64,000 bases of DNA from a bacterium. GTDB lineage: Bacteria > UBA8248. The notes under the pieces were generated by a model. The model made no database searches. It was not told where the DNA came from and saw only the letters and a program-made list of their open reading frames with translations. Shown here piece by piece: positions 49,704-59,491 of the stretch. Location: the NCBI GenBank assembly GCA_965203325.1, contig OZ241875.1, forward strand, positions 864,001-928,000. The letters are read 5' to 3'. The stretch's first letter is position 1, and each line of letters starts with the position of its first letter. Both the position numbers and the translations under genes were made by a program.

Positions 49704-50018
49704 ATGATGCGTTTCGACCCTGAGGCATCGCGCGAGGAAATCACCTCTTTTTGCGAACGCTGGCAGGTTACGCAGCTCGACGTCTTCGGCTCGGCGTTGC
49801 GCGAGGACTTCGGCCCCGATAGCGACATCGACTTCCTCGTCAGCTTCGAGGAAAGCGCGCGCCATACCCTCTTCGACATGGTTCGCATGGAAGGGGAATT
49901 GAAGGGGATTTTCGGGCGCGATGTGGACCTCGTCGAGCGCGCGGGGGTCGAACAAAGCCGTAACCATATTCGCCGCGAAGCCATCCTCCAGTCCACCGAG
50001 ACGATTTATGCGGCGTGA
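49704..50018 (+). CDS. Minimal nucleotidyltransferase (MNT) antitoxin
   Basis: FGSALREDFGPDSDIDFLV (GSx10DxD), GRDVDLV. Confidence 0.9.
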   Translation: MMRFDPEASREEITSFCERWQVTQLDVFGSALREDFGPDSDIDFLVSFEESARHTLFDMVRMEGELKGIFGRDVDLVERAGVEQSRNHIRREAILQSTETIYAA

Positions 50019-50346
50019 AGAAGCCTGGCTGATCGACATGCTGCAGGCGGCGCGCGAAGCGGCGGCGTTCGTCGACGGTTTGAGCTTCGCGGAGTTCAAG
50101 CAAAACCGCATGGCGCAACTCGCCATCCTGAAAGCCATAGAAATCGTCGGAGAAGCCGCCTCCCATGTCGGCCCTGACGCCAAAGAGGCGCATCCTGAAA
50201 TCCCATGGCCCGAAATCATTGGTATGCGAAACCGCCTTGTGCATGGATATTTCAACGTCAACCTGATGCGCGTCTGGGAAACCGTCCAGCAGGACATCCC
50301 CCAACTCATTTCCCGACTCGAACGGCTCGCGCCGCCGGGGTCTTAG
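50008..50346 (+). CDS. HEPN (DUF86) RNase toxin
   Basis: EIVGEAA, IPW, MRNRLVHGY (RxxxxH). Overlaps the MNT gene. Confidence 0.9.
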   Translation: MRREEAWLIDMLQAAREAAAFVDGLSFAEFKQNRMAQLAILKAIEIVGEAASHVGPDAKEAHPEIPWPEIIGMRNRLVHGYFNVNLMRVWETVQQDIPQLISRLERLAPPGS

Positions 50347-51179
50347 TCTATCGCTCCCCCATCCCCCGCCCAGACCTTGACGAGGGTGTGAAACTCCCCG
50401 TTTTCCCCGAACCGGTCGATTTGCTCGGGCAGGCCCGTCATCATCGCGCGGTCGAAGCGTTGCCCGACTTGTACGACGCCGCGCGCCTCCTCCGTCACCG
50501 CTGAGACCTCGCATACCGCGCCGCTCGCTTCCAAGTCGTCCATCAGCGCTTCATACGGCGCGCCCCAAAGCGGGAAGTGGAGCGATGCGCCAAGATCGGC
50601 GGCCAATTCACGAAACGCCTCGACGCGCCAATCGCGTATGTGTTCGAGATGCAGGTCGCCGAAAACGAAACGGGATATCTGCGGAATCACCCGGGCCGCC
50701 TCGGCGATGCGCTCCTCATACACTTCTCCCGGATGGAGGGGTACGCCCAGCAGCGGGACGCCCAGGTATTCCGCCTGTCGCGCCACCAGTTCGATATCGA
50801 GTTCCTGATGCGCGATTTTCCGGCTTGCCGCGTCGAAGGTGGTGAGCAGAACGATTGACCTTTCGTCCTCGCGCCGCAAGGCCCGCCAGGTGAGATAGCT
50901 GTCCTTGCCCCCGCTCCAGAAGAGCACGTCGGCGGGTCCGGTGGGAGGCGGAACGCCGGTCATCCAGGTGGGCCGGCGGGCGAGGCGGGGGCGTTCTTCC
51001 ACAGGCACCGCCTCATGCGCGTAGGGGCAGTGGCGGCAGCCGCTGCCGCAGCAACTCCCGCGCCGCCTGAGCCCGATCTCGGTGAAGACGCGCCACCCCG
51101 TCTCGGGATCGACGTAGTATTCCTCACCATTACGGCACGCGCGCTCATGGAGAGTCGCCCAATTGTTCTCGTTCATCAC
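50343..51179 (-). CDS. DUF5522 Cys-rich domain fused to a Dph6-like PP-loop ATPase
   Basis: YVDPETG...RGSCCGSGCRHCPY, then WSGGKDS, FGDLHLE, GENGEFHT. Confidence 0.8.
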   Translation of the reverse strand: MMNENNWATLHERACRNGEEYYVDPETGWRVFTEIGLRRRGSCCGSGCRHCPYAHEAVPVEERPRLARRPTWMTGVPPPTGPADVLFWSGGKDSYLTWRALRREDERSIVLLTTFDAASRKIAHQELDIELVARQAEYLGVPLLGVPLHPGEVYEERIAEAARVIPQISRFVFGDLHLEHIRDWRVEAFRELAADLGASLHFPLWGAPYEALMDDLEASGAVCEVSAVTEEARGVVQVGQRFDRAMMTGLPEQIDRFGENGEFHTLVKVWAGDGGAID

Positions 51180-51194
51180 TCGTTCCGGTGGGTA

Positions 51195-52139
51195 TCAGGC
51201 CGCGCCTGCGCCCAGACGCTCCCAGCCCGCGCCCTCGTGGCCGAAGGCGAAGGCGTCGGGATGGAGAATCTCCGCGAGAATCTCGGCGGATTCGACCAGC
51301 CTGGGTCCGGGGCGGTTGAAGAACTGGTTCCCGTCCGTGACGAACACTTCTCTCCTTCGGGCGGCTTCGAGGCGCGCCCACTCCGGCCTTTCTGTGAGTG
51401 CCGCCAACTCGCGTCGCGAGCGCGCGATGTCGAAACCGCACGGCATGAGCACGACAGCCTCAGGCCTGGCCTCCTCCAGCGCCGTCCATTCGAGCCACGC
51501 GGAGTGTTCGCCGGCGACGCCCAGGACGTCCTCCCCGCCCGCGATCTCCACGAGTTCGGGCACCCAGTTGCCCGCCGCCATGAGCGGATCGTACCACTCG
51601 ATGCAGGCGACACGCGGCCTTTTGCCCATCTCCCGCGCGCGCCCGGCGATGGCGTCCAGCCGCTCATGCAATTCCGCCAACAGCGCGTCGCCGCGTTCGC
51701 GGACTCCCAATGCCGCCGCCACCGAGGCGACGTCGCGCCAGACGTCTTCGAGCGCATTTGGCTCGAGCGAGAGAACGTCGGGCTCCGAGCGCACCAGTTC
51801 GCGCACGGCCGCTTCGACATCCTTGAGGCTCACGGCGCAGAGTTCGCATTGGGACTGCGTGACCACCAGATCCGGCGCGAGTTCGTCGAGCAGGGCGGTG
51901 TCGACGCTGTAGACCGAGACGGCGTCCTGCAGCACCGCCTTCACGCGCTCGTCAATTTCCTTGCTCGTGCCGTTCGGGTCGAATTTGGGCGCGGTGCAGG
52001 GGGGAAGCGCCGTGATTCCGGCGGGGTAGTCGCACTCGTGCGAGCGGCCCACGAGGCGATCGCCGCATCCCAGGGCGTGGATGATCTCCGTGCTGCTCGG
52101 CAGGAGCGATACGACGCGGTTCAAGAACCCGCCCTCCAC
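51195..52139 (-). CDS. BtuF/cobalamin-binding-like helical backbone receptor
   Basis: RVVSLLPSSTEI, VGRSHECDYP, QCELCAV, GNWVPE, MPCGF, FNRPGPRL. No signal peptide evident. Confidence 0.8.
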   Translation of the reverse strand: MEGGFLNRVVSLLPSSTEIIHALGCGDRLVGRSHECDYPAGITALPPCTAPKFDPNGTSKEIDERVKAVLQDAVSVYSVDTALLDELAPDLVVTQSQCELCAVSLKDVEAAVRELVRSEPDVLSLEPNALEDVWRDVASVAAALGVRERGDALLAELHERLDAIAGRAREMGKRPRVACIEWYDPLMAAGNWVPELVEIAGGEDVLGVAGEHSAWLEWTALEEARPEAVVLMPCGFDIARSRRELAALTERPEWARLEAARRREVFVTDGNQFFNRPGPRLVESAEILAEILHPDAFAFGHEGAGWERLGAGAA

Positions 52140-52278
52140 TTATGATGAAGTTCAACTTTGCGAATGCTAGCACACCATAAGCGCTCATGCCGTCGCTCGT
52201 TCTTCGTCACTTCGCCATAAATGCAAAAGGAGAAGCGAAGAATCAAGATTTTCCAGAGCATTCAGAAATGAATCCGCT

Positions 52279-52698
52279 TCAAGATTTCATCCCGTCGCTC
52301 AAGCGCCTCTCCACTTCCCGCGCCGCCCGCACCAACGCGGCGATGAGTTCCTCGCCCACATCCAAGGCGCCCTCATACTCGGCGAGGTTGCGCTTGCGGT
52401 GGGCTTCGTCCAGCACGCGCCACTGCGCCTGCGGCAAATCGACGGTGTGCTGGAGGCATTGAAAAACCAGATAGCGCGAATCGGAGCGATAGCCTCGCAG
52501 GCGCAAAGCGGCGAGCGCCAGCGCATGGGCGGCGTTGTAGGCCAGATCGAAACGGCTCTCCAGGCTTAAGTTTTCGCGCTCGGCGTCGTTCAGACGGCGA
52601 ACGCCCGAGCGGACGAGACCCTCGATTTCCTCATCGGCAGCCGGCTCGCTCTTGAGTCGGCCGATGCGCACCAGGTTATCGAGTTGCGGATGCGTCAT
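52279..52698 (-). CDS. HEPN-like protein paired with a nucleotidyltransferase
   Basis: RFDLAYNAAH, GYRS, HRKRNLAEYEG. Overlaps the upstream NTase gene. Confidence 0.7.
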   Translation of the reverse strand: MTHPQLDNLVRIGRLKSEPAADEEIEGLVRSGVRRLNDAERENLSLESRFDLAYNAAHALALAALRLRGYRSDSRYLVFQCLQHTVDLPQAQWRVLDEAHRKRNLAEYEGALDVGEELIAALVRAAREVERRLSDGMKS

Positions 52699-53338
52699 CT
52701 TCGCTCCCGATGAGGATGATATGCTCACCGGCGAGCACGTTCTTCAGAAAAGGGTTCCCGGCGGCTCTGCGTTCTTCGAACTCACGGGACGTGTAAAGCG
52801 TGGGGCTGATCCGGCGGGCGAGGCCGGTCTCCACCGGCGAGAGCGCCTCGTAGAGCTCTTCCAGCATCACGCCGTCGGCGACGACGAGCAGGTCGACGTC
52901 GCTACCCGCCGTTTCCGTCCCCTGTACGACCGACCCGTACACCAGGGCGAGCTCGATGCGGTCGGCGAGCGGCTCCAACACCCGCCGGACAGGTTCCGCC
53001 AAGGCGAGCGTCTTGCGCACGATGCCGCTCATCTCCTCGAACACCGGACAATCCGGATTGGCCTGGTAATGCTTCTGCCTGCCGATAGAAGTGACGCTCA
53101 CCAGACCGCTGGATGCGAAGCGCTTCAGTTCACGCTGCACGGCGCCGGAGCCGGACCCCGTCAAGCGAATCAACTCACTCGCGAAAAAACTCCGTCCGGG
53201 CTGTCCGAAAAGCAGCGCCAGGAGCCGCTGCTGCGTGGTGGTGAACAGCGCATCCGCGAGACCTGTGGATGCGGCGTCAGGCCCGGACGTCTTGCGGCGA
53301 GTCATGCGTGAAAGATGTGGCGAAGCCAAATTACCCAT
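52676..53338 (-). CDS. wHTH + nucleotidyltransferase (MNT) protein
   Basis: LADALF...GAVQREL...HYQAN (HTH) and YGS...SDVDLLVV. Start codon uncertain. Confidence 0.82.
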   Translation of the reverse strand: MGNLASPHLSRMTRRKTSGPDAASTGLADALFTTTQQRLLALLFGQPGRSFFASELIRLTGSGSGAVQRELKRFASSGLVSVTSIGRQKHYQANPDCPVFEEMSGIVRKTLALAEPVRRVLEPLADRIELALVYGSVVQGTETAGSDVDLLVVADGVMLEELYEALSPVETGLARRISPTLYTSREFEERRAAGNPFLKNVLAGEHIILIGSEDDASATR

Positions 53339-53372
53339 AATGGGTATTATAATGCCTGATATGGGCATTATA
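53331..53372. promoter_or_regulatory. Tandem palindromic operator pair at the start of the wHTH-MNT gene
   Basis: TACCCATAATGGGTA and TATAATGCCTGATATGGGCATTATA are adjacent inverted repeats with related half-sites. Confidence 0.6.
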
Positions 53373-53427
53373 CAAGCGGGGATTCAACTTCTTTCACTAT
53401 TCGTCCGGGTCCACATTCTCTTTCCGC

Positions 53428-53814
53428 TCACGCCGCCTCGATGTCGGTATGAGCGAAGTCCTCGCCCTTGAACAGCAGCGGCTCGTCCATCAGGTCGGCG
53501 AGCGCGTAGGCGAAGCAATCTCCGAAATTCAGCGATGCCGGATGATTCCCCTTGCCGAAGCGCCGCCAGGCGCGCCGGGCCGCTTCCAAATGCTCCAGAC
53601 CAACGGGCACCAATTCGATTCCGGCGTCTCTCAGGAACAAATCGAGTTCGCCTCCCGCCGCCGCGCCGCCTCGACTTTCCAATACGATGGAAGTCTCCAG
53701 CACGTTGGCGACCGACATCCGGGGGTGCGCGGCCGAGGCGATGGCCTTCTCGTAGCGTTCCGCGTCCTGCTCACGGTAGAGAACGGCGAGGAGCGCCGAA
53801 CTGTCGACAATCAC
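53428..53814 (-). CDS. vapC: VapC PIN-domain toxin
   Basis: VIVDSSALLA, FGKGNHPASLNFGDCFAYA, LLFKGEDF. Confidence 0.93.
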   Translation of the reverse strand: MIVDSSALLAVLYREQDAERYEKAIASAAHPRMSVANVLETSIVLESRGGAAAGGELDLFLRDAGIELVPVGLEHLEAARRAWRRFGKGNHPASLNFGDCFAYALADLMDEPLLFKGEDFAHTDIEAA

Positions 53815-54068
53815 CTGGGCAATCCCCGCTCGTCGTAGAGCATGTCCCCATGTTCTACGGCGGGCGGCCCCGGACCCAGGAGCTTCGCACAACGCTCCGC
53901 GATGGCGCGCAGTTTTTGAGCGCGAACGTCTGCGTCGCGCAGCCTTTTCTCGCGCTCGAGACGTTCTTGCAGGGCAACCGTAATCGCGCCGGTCATCGTC
54001 TCGCCGGTCAGTCGGGCCAAATCAGCAGCGAGCTTACAGGTTTCCTCATTTTTAATATTGAGACCCAT
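53811..54068 (-). CDS. vapB: VapB antitoxin
   Basis: LNIKNEET...TGETMTGAI...LYDERGLP; GTGA overlap with vapC. Confidence 0.9.
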   Translation of the reverse strand: MGLNIKNEETCKLAADLARLTGETMTGAITVALQERLEREKRLRDADVRAQKLRAIAERCAKLLGPGPPAVEHGDMLYDERGLPR

Positions 54069-54276
54069 TGCCGACTCCAAGGGTAGAAAAAATATTTCCT
54101 TTCTACCCTACATCAAATTGTGGGCATACGCAACGACATGGCGAGGGAGAGGAATAGCGCAAGGCTGGAGAACTGCGCACGGCGACCCGTCCCTCCCCTT
54201 GCCGGGCCGCCCGCCCCCTGCTAGCATCCGGGGAAATCCACTCATCACTTTTTCACGCTTCAGGAGGACGTGCGCA

Positions 54277-54801
54277 ATGGCGGAATTCACCGTAGCCAAG
54301 TTCAAGGACGTTTCCGAGGGTCTGCAGGAGGGCCAGTTCGCCATAGGCGAGAGGACGAAAGCGAGCGGTCTGGCGGCTTTGGACCCCATCTATCGAGATT
54401 TGCTGGACAAGCCGATCACGGTCACGCTGGGCCTCATCGGCCCCGACGGGCGGGTGAACATGACGCCCATGTGGTTCGACTACGAGGGCGACACCATTCT
54501 GGTGAACACCGCCTCGCACCGGCCCAAGTGCGGATGGATTCGGAACAACCCGCAGCTCACGATCCTCCTCGTGAACCCCGAAAACCCCTACCACTGGATG
54601 AGCATCAAGTGCACGGTGGTGAACGAGATACACGAAGACGGGCCGGGCGGCGAGCGGGCGACCGAGCAGCTCGACCGCATCTGGACGAAATACACGGGCG
54701 CGGACCCGCCCTATGCGCTCAGAGACCCCGCGATCGACGAGAAGCGCGTGCTCTTCGAGTGCCGCGTAGACAGGGTGGCCACGTTCGGAAAGCCAGCGTA
54801 G
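54277..54801 (+). CDS. Pyridoxamine 5'-phosphate oxidase-like (PPOX class) split-barrel protein
   Basis: PDGRVNMTPMWF, VNTA, NPENPY; GGAGGA RBS. Confidence 0.75.
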   Translation: MAEFTVAKFKDVSEGLQEGQFAIGERTKASGLAALDPIYRDLLDKPITVTLGLIGPDGRVNMTPMWFDYEGDTILVNTASHRPKCGWIRNNPQLTILLVNPENPYHWMSIKCTVVNEIHEDGPGGERATEQLDRIWTKYTGADPPYALRDPAIDEKRVLFECRVDRVATFGKPA

Positions 54802-54845
54802 GGGGCCGGGTTCGCAGGTCGGACATATATGTCCGCCACACATAC

Positions 54846-55109
54846 GGGGTTGTTGAAAAAGCCTTTATCAAGGGAGCGAACGCTCCCTCCGTGGTCGCGT
54901 TCAACCCCCTAATTCCACTTGTCAGGGGTCAAACGCGAGTGATGAGCGAGCGTTTGCATGAACCATTGACGAGAAACACATCGTCTTGCAAAACCTCCCT
55001 CTTCGGTCGGTTTTGACCCCTGACAAGGGGGGGTAGGGGGGGTTGCCTTTATGGGGTTTCCCTTTTAGAGGGTTGCCATTCCCCTCTCAGGGGGTTTTTC
55101 AACAGCCCC
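54846..55109. mobile_element. Family-B1 MITE-like element with both IS-like ends
   Basis: GGGGTTGTTGAAAAAGCC...GGGGTTTTTCAACAGCCCC enclosing the doublet at 54902-55045. A REP-like hairpin precedes it at ~54814-54837. Confidence 0.72.
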
Positions 55110-55149
55110 TCATCGGTCGGCAGCCCCTCCTTCCTCAGTCGGGGCTGAC

Positions 55150-56280
55150 CTACCACACGCAACCGCGCGCGGCGACGGGGATCACGGCTTCGAGGACGCC
55201 TTCTTCCATGCCGCCGCGAACGCCGTGGTAGACGTCGTAGAGGTTGATGGTCGGGTCGCAGTGGCTTGGCTGGAACAGTAGCGTCTCGCCGATCTCGGGG
55301 CGCCTCGAAGCCGGGGACAACTCCAGCACGCCGTGTTCATCCGATGCCCGCGCGTGCACGGCGCCCTCGAGTTCCATGCAGGGCGCCAGCCCGCTGTCCG
55401 AGGAAAGCGCCTTGTGGCCGGCGTCCATCACCACGTGGCCGGGACCGGTCGCGCTCACCACGGTCGTCAGCACGAAAAGACTCGGCTGGAAGTCGTCATA
55501 GATTTCGGAATTCTCGCCGCCGATGCTGCCGTAGTGCGAATCCATGAAGAGATAACTGCCCGCCTGAAGCTCGTTCAACACGCCCGATTCCGCATCCCAG
55601 CGCCATGAACCCGTGCCGCCGCCGCTCCTGATTTCCAGCGGAAGCCCGGCGGCCTCGAACGCGTCCACCGTCTCGCGCATCCTGGCAATTGCCTCGGCGT
55701 AGACCTCGCGCCGCTCGGCGAAACCATCCACGTGCTGGGCCTTGCCGTGGTAGGCCTGAATCCCCTTGAGTTCAAGCCCTTTCGCCGCTTCCACGCGCCG
55801 GGCCAAATCCGCCGCCGCCTCTCCGGGAGCGACACCGCAGCGGCCCTGGCCCACGTCCACGTCGACGAGCACGCCGATTTCCGCTCCCGCCGCCGTCACG
55901 GCTTCTGAGAGCATCGCCACCCCCTGGGGGTGGTCCACCACCACCATCAGGTCCGTATGGCGCGCGAGCGCGGCCAGACGCCTGAGCTTCGAGACGGCCG
56001 TGACCTCGCTGCTCACGAGCACGTTCCCGACCCCGCCCGCCACCATCACCTCGGCCTCGCTCACCTTCTGGCAGCAAACCCCCACCGCGCCGAGCGCCAT
56101 CTGCTTTCTCGCGAGCCAGGGGCTCTTGTGCGTCTTGGCGTGGGCGCGGAGCCTGACGCCCGTCCCCGCGAGGCGCTTCGCCATCAGGGCGAGGTTCTCC
56201 TCCATGACGTCGAGGTCGACTATCAGGGCGGGCGTTTCGATTTCACGCACCGGCGTTCCGATGCTCTGGGTGGGGGGCAT
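55150..56280 (-). CDS. DSD1/D-threonine aldolase family PLP enzyme
   Basis: TPAL, LRAHAKTHK, CCQKVSEAE, GGGTG, ELQAGSY, SDEHG, HCDPT. Confidence 0.9.
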   Translation of the reverse strand: MPPTQSIGTPVREIETPALIVDLDVMEENLALMAKRLAGTGVRLRAHAKTHKSPWLARKQMALGAVGVCCQKVSEAEVMVAGGVGNVLVSSEVTAVSKLRRLAALARHTDLMVVVDHPQGVAMLSEAVTAAGAEIGVLVDVDVGQGRCGVAPGEAAADLARRVEAAKGLELKGIQAYHGKAQHVDGFAERREVYAEAIARMRETVDAFEAAGLPLEIRSGGGTGSWRWDAESGVLNELQAGSYLFMDSHYGSIGGENSEIYDDFQPSLFVLTTVVSATGPGHVVMDAGHKALSSDSGLAPCMELEGAVHARASDEHGVLELSPASRRPEIGETLLFQPSHCDPTINLYDVYHGVRGGMEEGVLEAVIPVAARGCVW

Positions 56281-56452
56281 GGGAAATCCTTTTCAGGGAG
56301 AAATCGTTATTCTTCCTCATGAGAACATTTATTGGAGAATATCACCTGAATCGCGCGTCGGGAACCGGCTTGCCCGCCGCCCCCTCATGGCGCATGATGG
56401 ATTTTCATGATTTCAGATGATTTTTCGACTCGCAGCCGGAGGGTTTTTCTAC

Positions 56453-57343
56453 ATGCGCACCAAGGCGGACGATCTCCTCGAAGGCGCCATCGACGTTCAC
56501 GCCCATATCTTCCCCCAGGTATTCGTGGAAGAACCCGGGCGCGTGCTGGACCACGAATGGGCCGAACTCGCGCGCGACGTCGGCATGCGCGGCTTCGTGA
56601 TGAAGAGCCACCTGTGGCCCACCATCGCCCAGGCCAGGATTCTGAACGAGGTCTATCCGGGCGTCACCGCCTTCGGGGCCATCACGCTGAACGCCAACGT
56701 GGGCGGGCTTTCGCCCTTCGCGGCGGAAAGCGCGGCGCGCCTCGGCGTGAAGGTCATCTGGATGCCCACCTACTCCGCGGCGAACGACATCGAGGTGGGG
56801 GCCTACAGCAAGCGCATCGCTGAGGCTTATCAACAGCCCCCGCCCGCGCAGGGCCTGACCGTGCTGGACGCAGACGGCGCGATACGCCCCGAGGCGGACA
56901 CCATACTCGAAATCGCCCGCGACGCGGACGTGGCCGTGGCCACCGGCCATTTGTCGGCGGAGGAAGGCGTCGCCCTGGCGAGGCGCGCGAAGGAGATCGG
57001 GGTGAAAAAATTCATCTTCACCCACCCGATCATCTTCATCATCGACGCGAGCGAGGGGCAACTGCGCGAGGTGGCGGATTTGGGCTACATCGTTGAATTC
57101 ACCTGGATATCGGCCTTCCCCATGTGGCGCGACCTGGACCCCGTGAAAGTGGCCGAAACCGCGCGCGCCCTCGGCCCCGAGCGATGCGTGATGAGCACCG
57201 ACGCGCAACTCGACCTCAATCCCCCGCCGACGGAAATGCTGCGCATGTTCATCGCCACGATGCTGCGCCTGGGCTTCGAGGACGAGGAGATTCGCTGGAT
57301 GGTGCAGCGAAACCCCGCCCGCCTGATGGGCCTCGAAGAATAG
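56453..57343 (+). CDS. Amidohydrolase-like TIM-barrel protein (DUF6282-like)
   Basis: AIDVHAH, KSH, WMPT, ATGH, THP, STD. Confidence 0.75.
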   Translation: MRTKADDLLEGAIDVHAHIFPQVFVEEPGRVLDHEWAELARDVGMRGFVMKSHLWPTIAQARILNEVYPGVTAFGAITLNANVGGLSPFAAESAARLGVKVIWMPTYSAANDIEVGAYSKRIAEAYQQPPPAQGLTVLDADGAIRPEADTILEIARDADVAVATGHLSAEEGVALARRAKEIGVKKFIFTHPIIFIIDASEGQLREVADLGYIVEFTWISAFPMWRDLDPVKVAETARALGPERCVMSTDAQLDLNPPPTEMLRMFIATMLRLGFEDEEIRWMVQRNPARLMGLEE

Positions 57344-57518
57344 AAAGCACTCACGTATAACACCGCAACAGATGATGCGTGAGGCAGTGCTGCCTTTCTG
57401 CTTCCAACCCTTCATTTTTTCTTGACTCCCCTGCGAAATTCCTTACAGAATCTTCACGTAGCGACGCCGCCTTCGTTGATAACATTTCAACAGGCACTTG
57501 AGGCGGAGAAACAATTCC

Positions 57519-58229
57519 ATGAACCAAGAAGATTCCATTCTCATCGTCGAGGATGAGAAGAACATCGCAACGCTCATCGACAAGTCTTTACGCCAGGAAG
57601 GTTTCCACACCATCATTGCTCATGACGGGGAGCGGGCCCTGCAACTGGCGCGCGAGTGGACGCCCGTTTTCGTCGTGCTCGATCTGATGCTCCCGAAAAT
57701 GAGCGGGTGGGAGGTGTGCAGGCGGCTCCGGGAGGAGTCCGAAGTTCCCATCCTGATGCTCACGGCCAAGGAGGGAGAGATCGACAGGCTTTTCGGCTTC
57801 TCGCTGGGCGCTGATGATTACGTCGTCAAGCCCTTCAGCCCGAGAGAACTCATCGAGCGCGTCAAGGCCATCCTCAGACGCACCAAAAACGCGCCCATGC
57901 TCCGGAAGACGAAACTCTCTTTCGGCAACCTTATTCTCGAACCCGAAAAACACAAACTCACCCGAAACGGCAAACCCATAGCGCTCACCCCCTCGGAATA
58001 CAAGCTGCTCCTGACGCTCATGAGCGCACCCGGGCGCGTTTTTTCCCGCCACGAACTACTCACCAGGCTCTACCATACTTCGGACGCCGTGGTCGCCAGA
58101 GTAGTGGACGTCCACATCGGAAAACTCCGTCGAAAAATCGAGGGCGACCCCACCAATCCCCGACTTATCCTCACCGTGCGCGGCGTGGGATATCGTTTTG
58201 CAGAAACGGAAGAACAAGGAGGTCATTAG
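57519..58229 (+). CDS. OmpR-family response regulator
   Basis: ILIVEDE, LDLMLP, GADDYVVKPFSPREL, TVRGVGY. Confidence 0.95.
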   Translation: MNQEDSILIVEDEKNIATLIDKSLRQEGFHTIIAHDGERALQLAREWTPVFVVLDLMLPKMSGWEVCRRLREESEVPILMLTAKEGEIDRLFGFSLGADDYVVKPFSPRELIERVKAILRRTKNAPMLRKTKLSFGNLILEPEKHKLTRNGKPIALTPSEYKLLLTLMSAPGRVFSRHELLTRLYHTSDAVVARVVDVHIGKLRRKIEGDPTNPRLILTVRGVGYRFAETEEQGGH

Positions 58230-58230
58230 C

Positions 58231-59301
58231 ATGAAGAGTCGCCTGCTCTGGAAACTCCTGGCCATCAACCTTCCGGTCATCGTGCTGGTCACTTTGGTTG
58301 TCTGGCTGTCGATCGATTTCCTCGCCGCCGATTACTTCGCCGCCCTGATGCACAAATACAACATCTCGCCAACGGAAACGCACCGGATGTTCCTGGACGC
58401 CGTGCATCGTCACATCATCAACGCGAGCATACTTGCCATGATCATGACCGTCGCCTTGAGTTTCTTCCTCACCCGAAGGGTGTTGCGCCCGTTGTACGCG
58501 ATGGCGGAAGTATCCCGGAAAGTATCGCTGGGCGATTTCACCGCGCGCGCGGATATTACATCGAAAGACGAGATCGGTGAGTGCGGGAAGATGTTCAACC
58601 ATATGGCCGATAACCTGGAGAAAATCGAGAACTTGAGAAGGACCATGCTGGTGGATATCGCCCATGAGTTGAGAACCCCGCTCACTACGGTGCGAGGCTA
58701 CCTCGAAGGTCTGATCGAAGGCGTCATCCCGCCCGCCAAAGAAACGTTCTCCATGTTGAAGGAGGAAATCGTGCGCCTCGTGCGCCTGGTCCAGGACTTT
58801 CAACAACTCACCCGGGCCGAGGCCGCAAAGGTCTACTTGAGACGAGAAGAAATTCATTTGCCCCATCTGATCGAGCGCGTCATCGAACTCTATCGGTACG
58901 ATTTCGAATCCAAAAATATCGGTGTGAACGTGGACTTCGGCGGTGACGTCCCCCTCGTTCAGGCGGACAAGGACAAAATTGTTCAGGCCATTGGAAACAT
59001 CGTTCAGAACGCATGGCGGTACACGCCCGAGGGAGGTGCGTTCCGCGTCCGCGCGGATGCGGCCAGGGAAAAAGATATGGTAAGTTTCATTTTTTCAAAT
59101 ACCTGCGAGGAATTCCCGGAGGAAGACGTCGGCCTCATCTTCGAGAGGTTCTACCGCGCGGACAAATCGCGTTCACGCGAAAGCGGGGGTGCGGGCATCG
59201 GGCTGGCGATAGCGAAAGCTCTCGTCGAGGCGCATGGCGGCGAAGTGGGCGCATCGTATGACGAAGGCGTCATCCACATCTGGTTCAGCCTCCCCGCCTG
59301 A
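58231..59301 (+). CDS. HAMP-domain sensor histidine kinase (BaeS-like)
   Basis: Two TM helices, HAMP, AHELRTPL, FERFYRADKSR, GAGIGLAI. Confidence 0.94.
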   Translation: MKSRLLWKLLAINLPVIVLVTLVVWLSIDFLAADYFAALMHKYNISPTETHRMFLDAVHRHIINASILAMIMTVALSFFLTRRVLRPLYAMAEVSRKVSLGDFTARADITSKDEIGECGKMFNHMADNLEKIENLRRTMLVDIAHELRTPLTTVRGYLEGLIEGVIPPAKETFSMLKEEIVRLVRLVQDFQQLTRAEAAKVYLRREEIHLPHLIERVIELYRYDFESKNIGVNVDFGGDVPLVQADKDKIVQAIGNIVQNAWRYTPEGGAFRVRADAAREKDMVSFIFSNTCEEFPEEDVGLIFERFYRADKSRSRESGGAGIGLAIAKALVEAHGGEVGASYDEGVIHIWFSLPA

Positions 59302-59491
59302 TCATTCGGCTGACGATGGATTTGGCGTTTTTTCATCCACGAGCCAAGTTTTTTTGGTATTCTTTTCAAAGCGAATCCGCGTCCTGGAATGCGCCGAACA
59401 TCCGAAAGAACCGTCGGCTCGCTGGATGAATCCCGACGATCCATCTAAAGCCGCAAGAGCCGAGAACACACACCCGAAAAGGAACCAGGCC

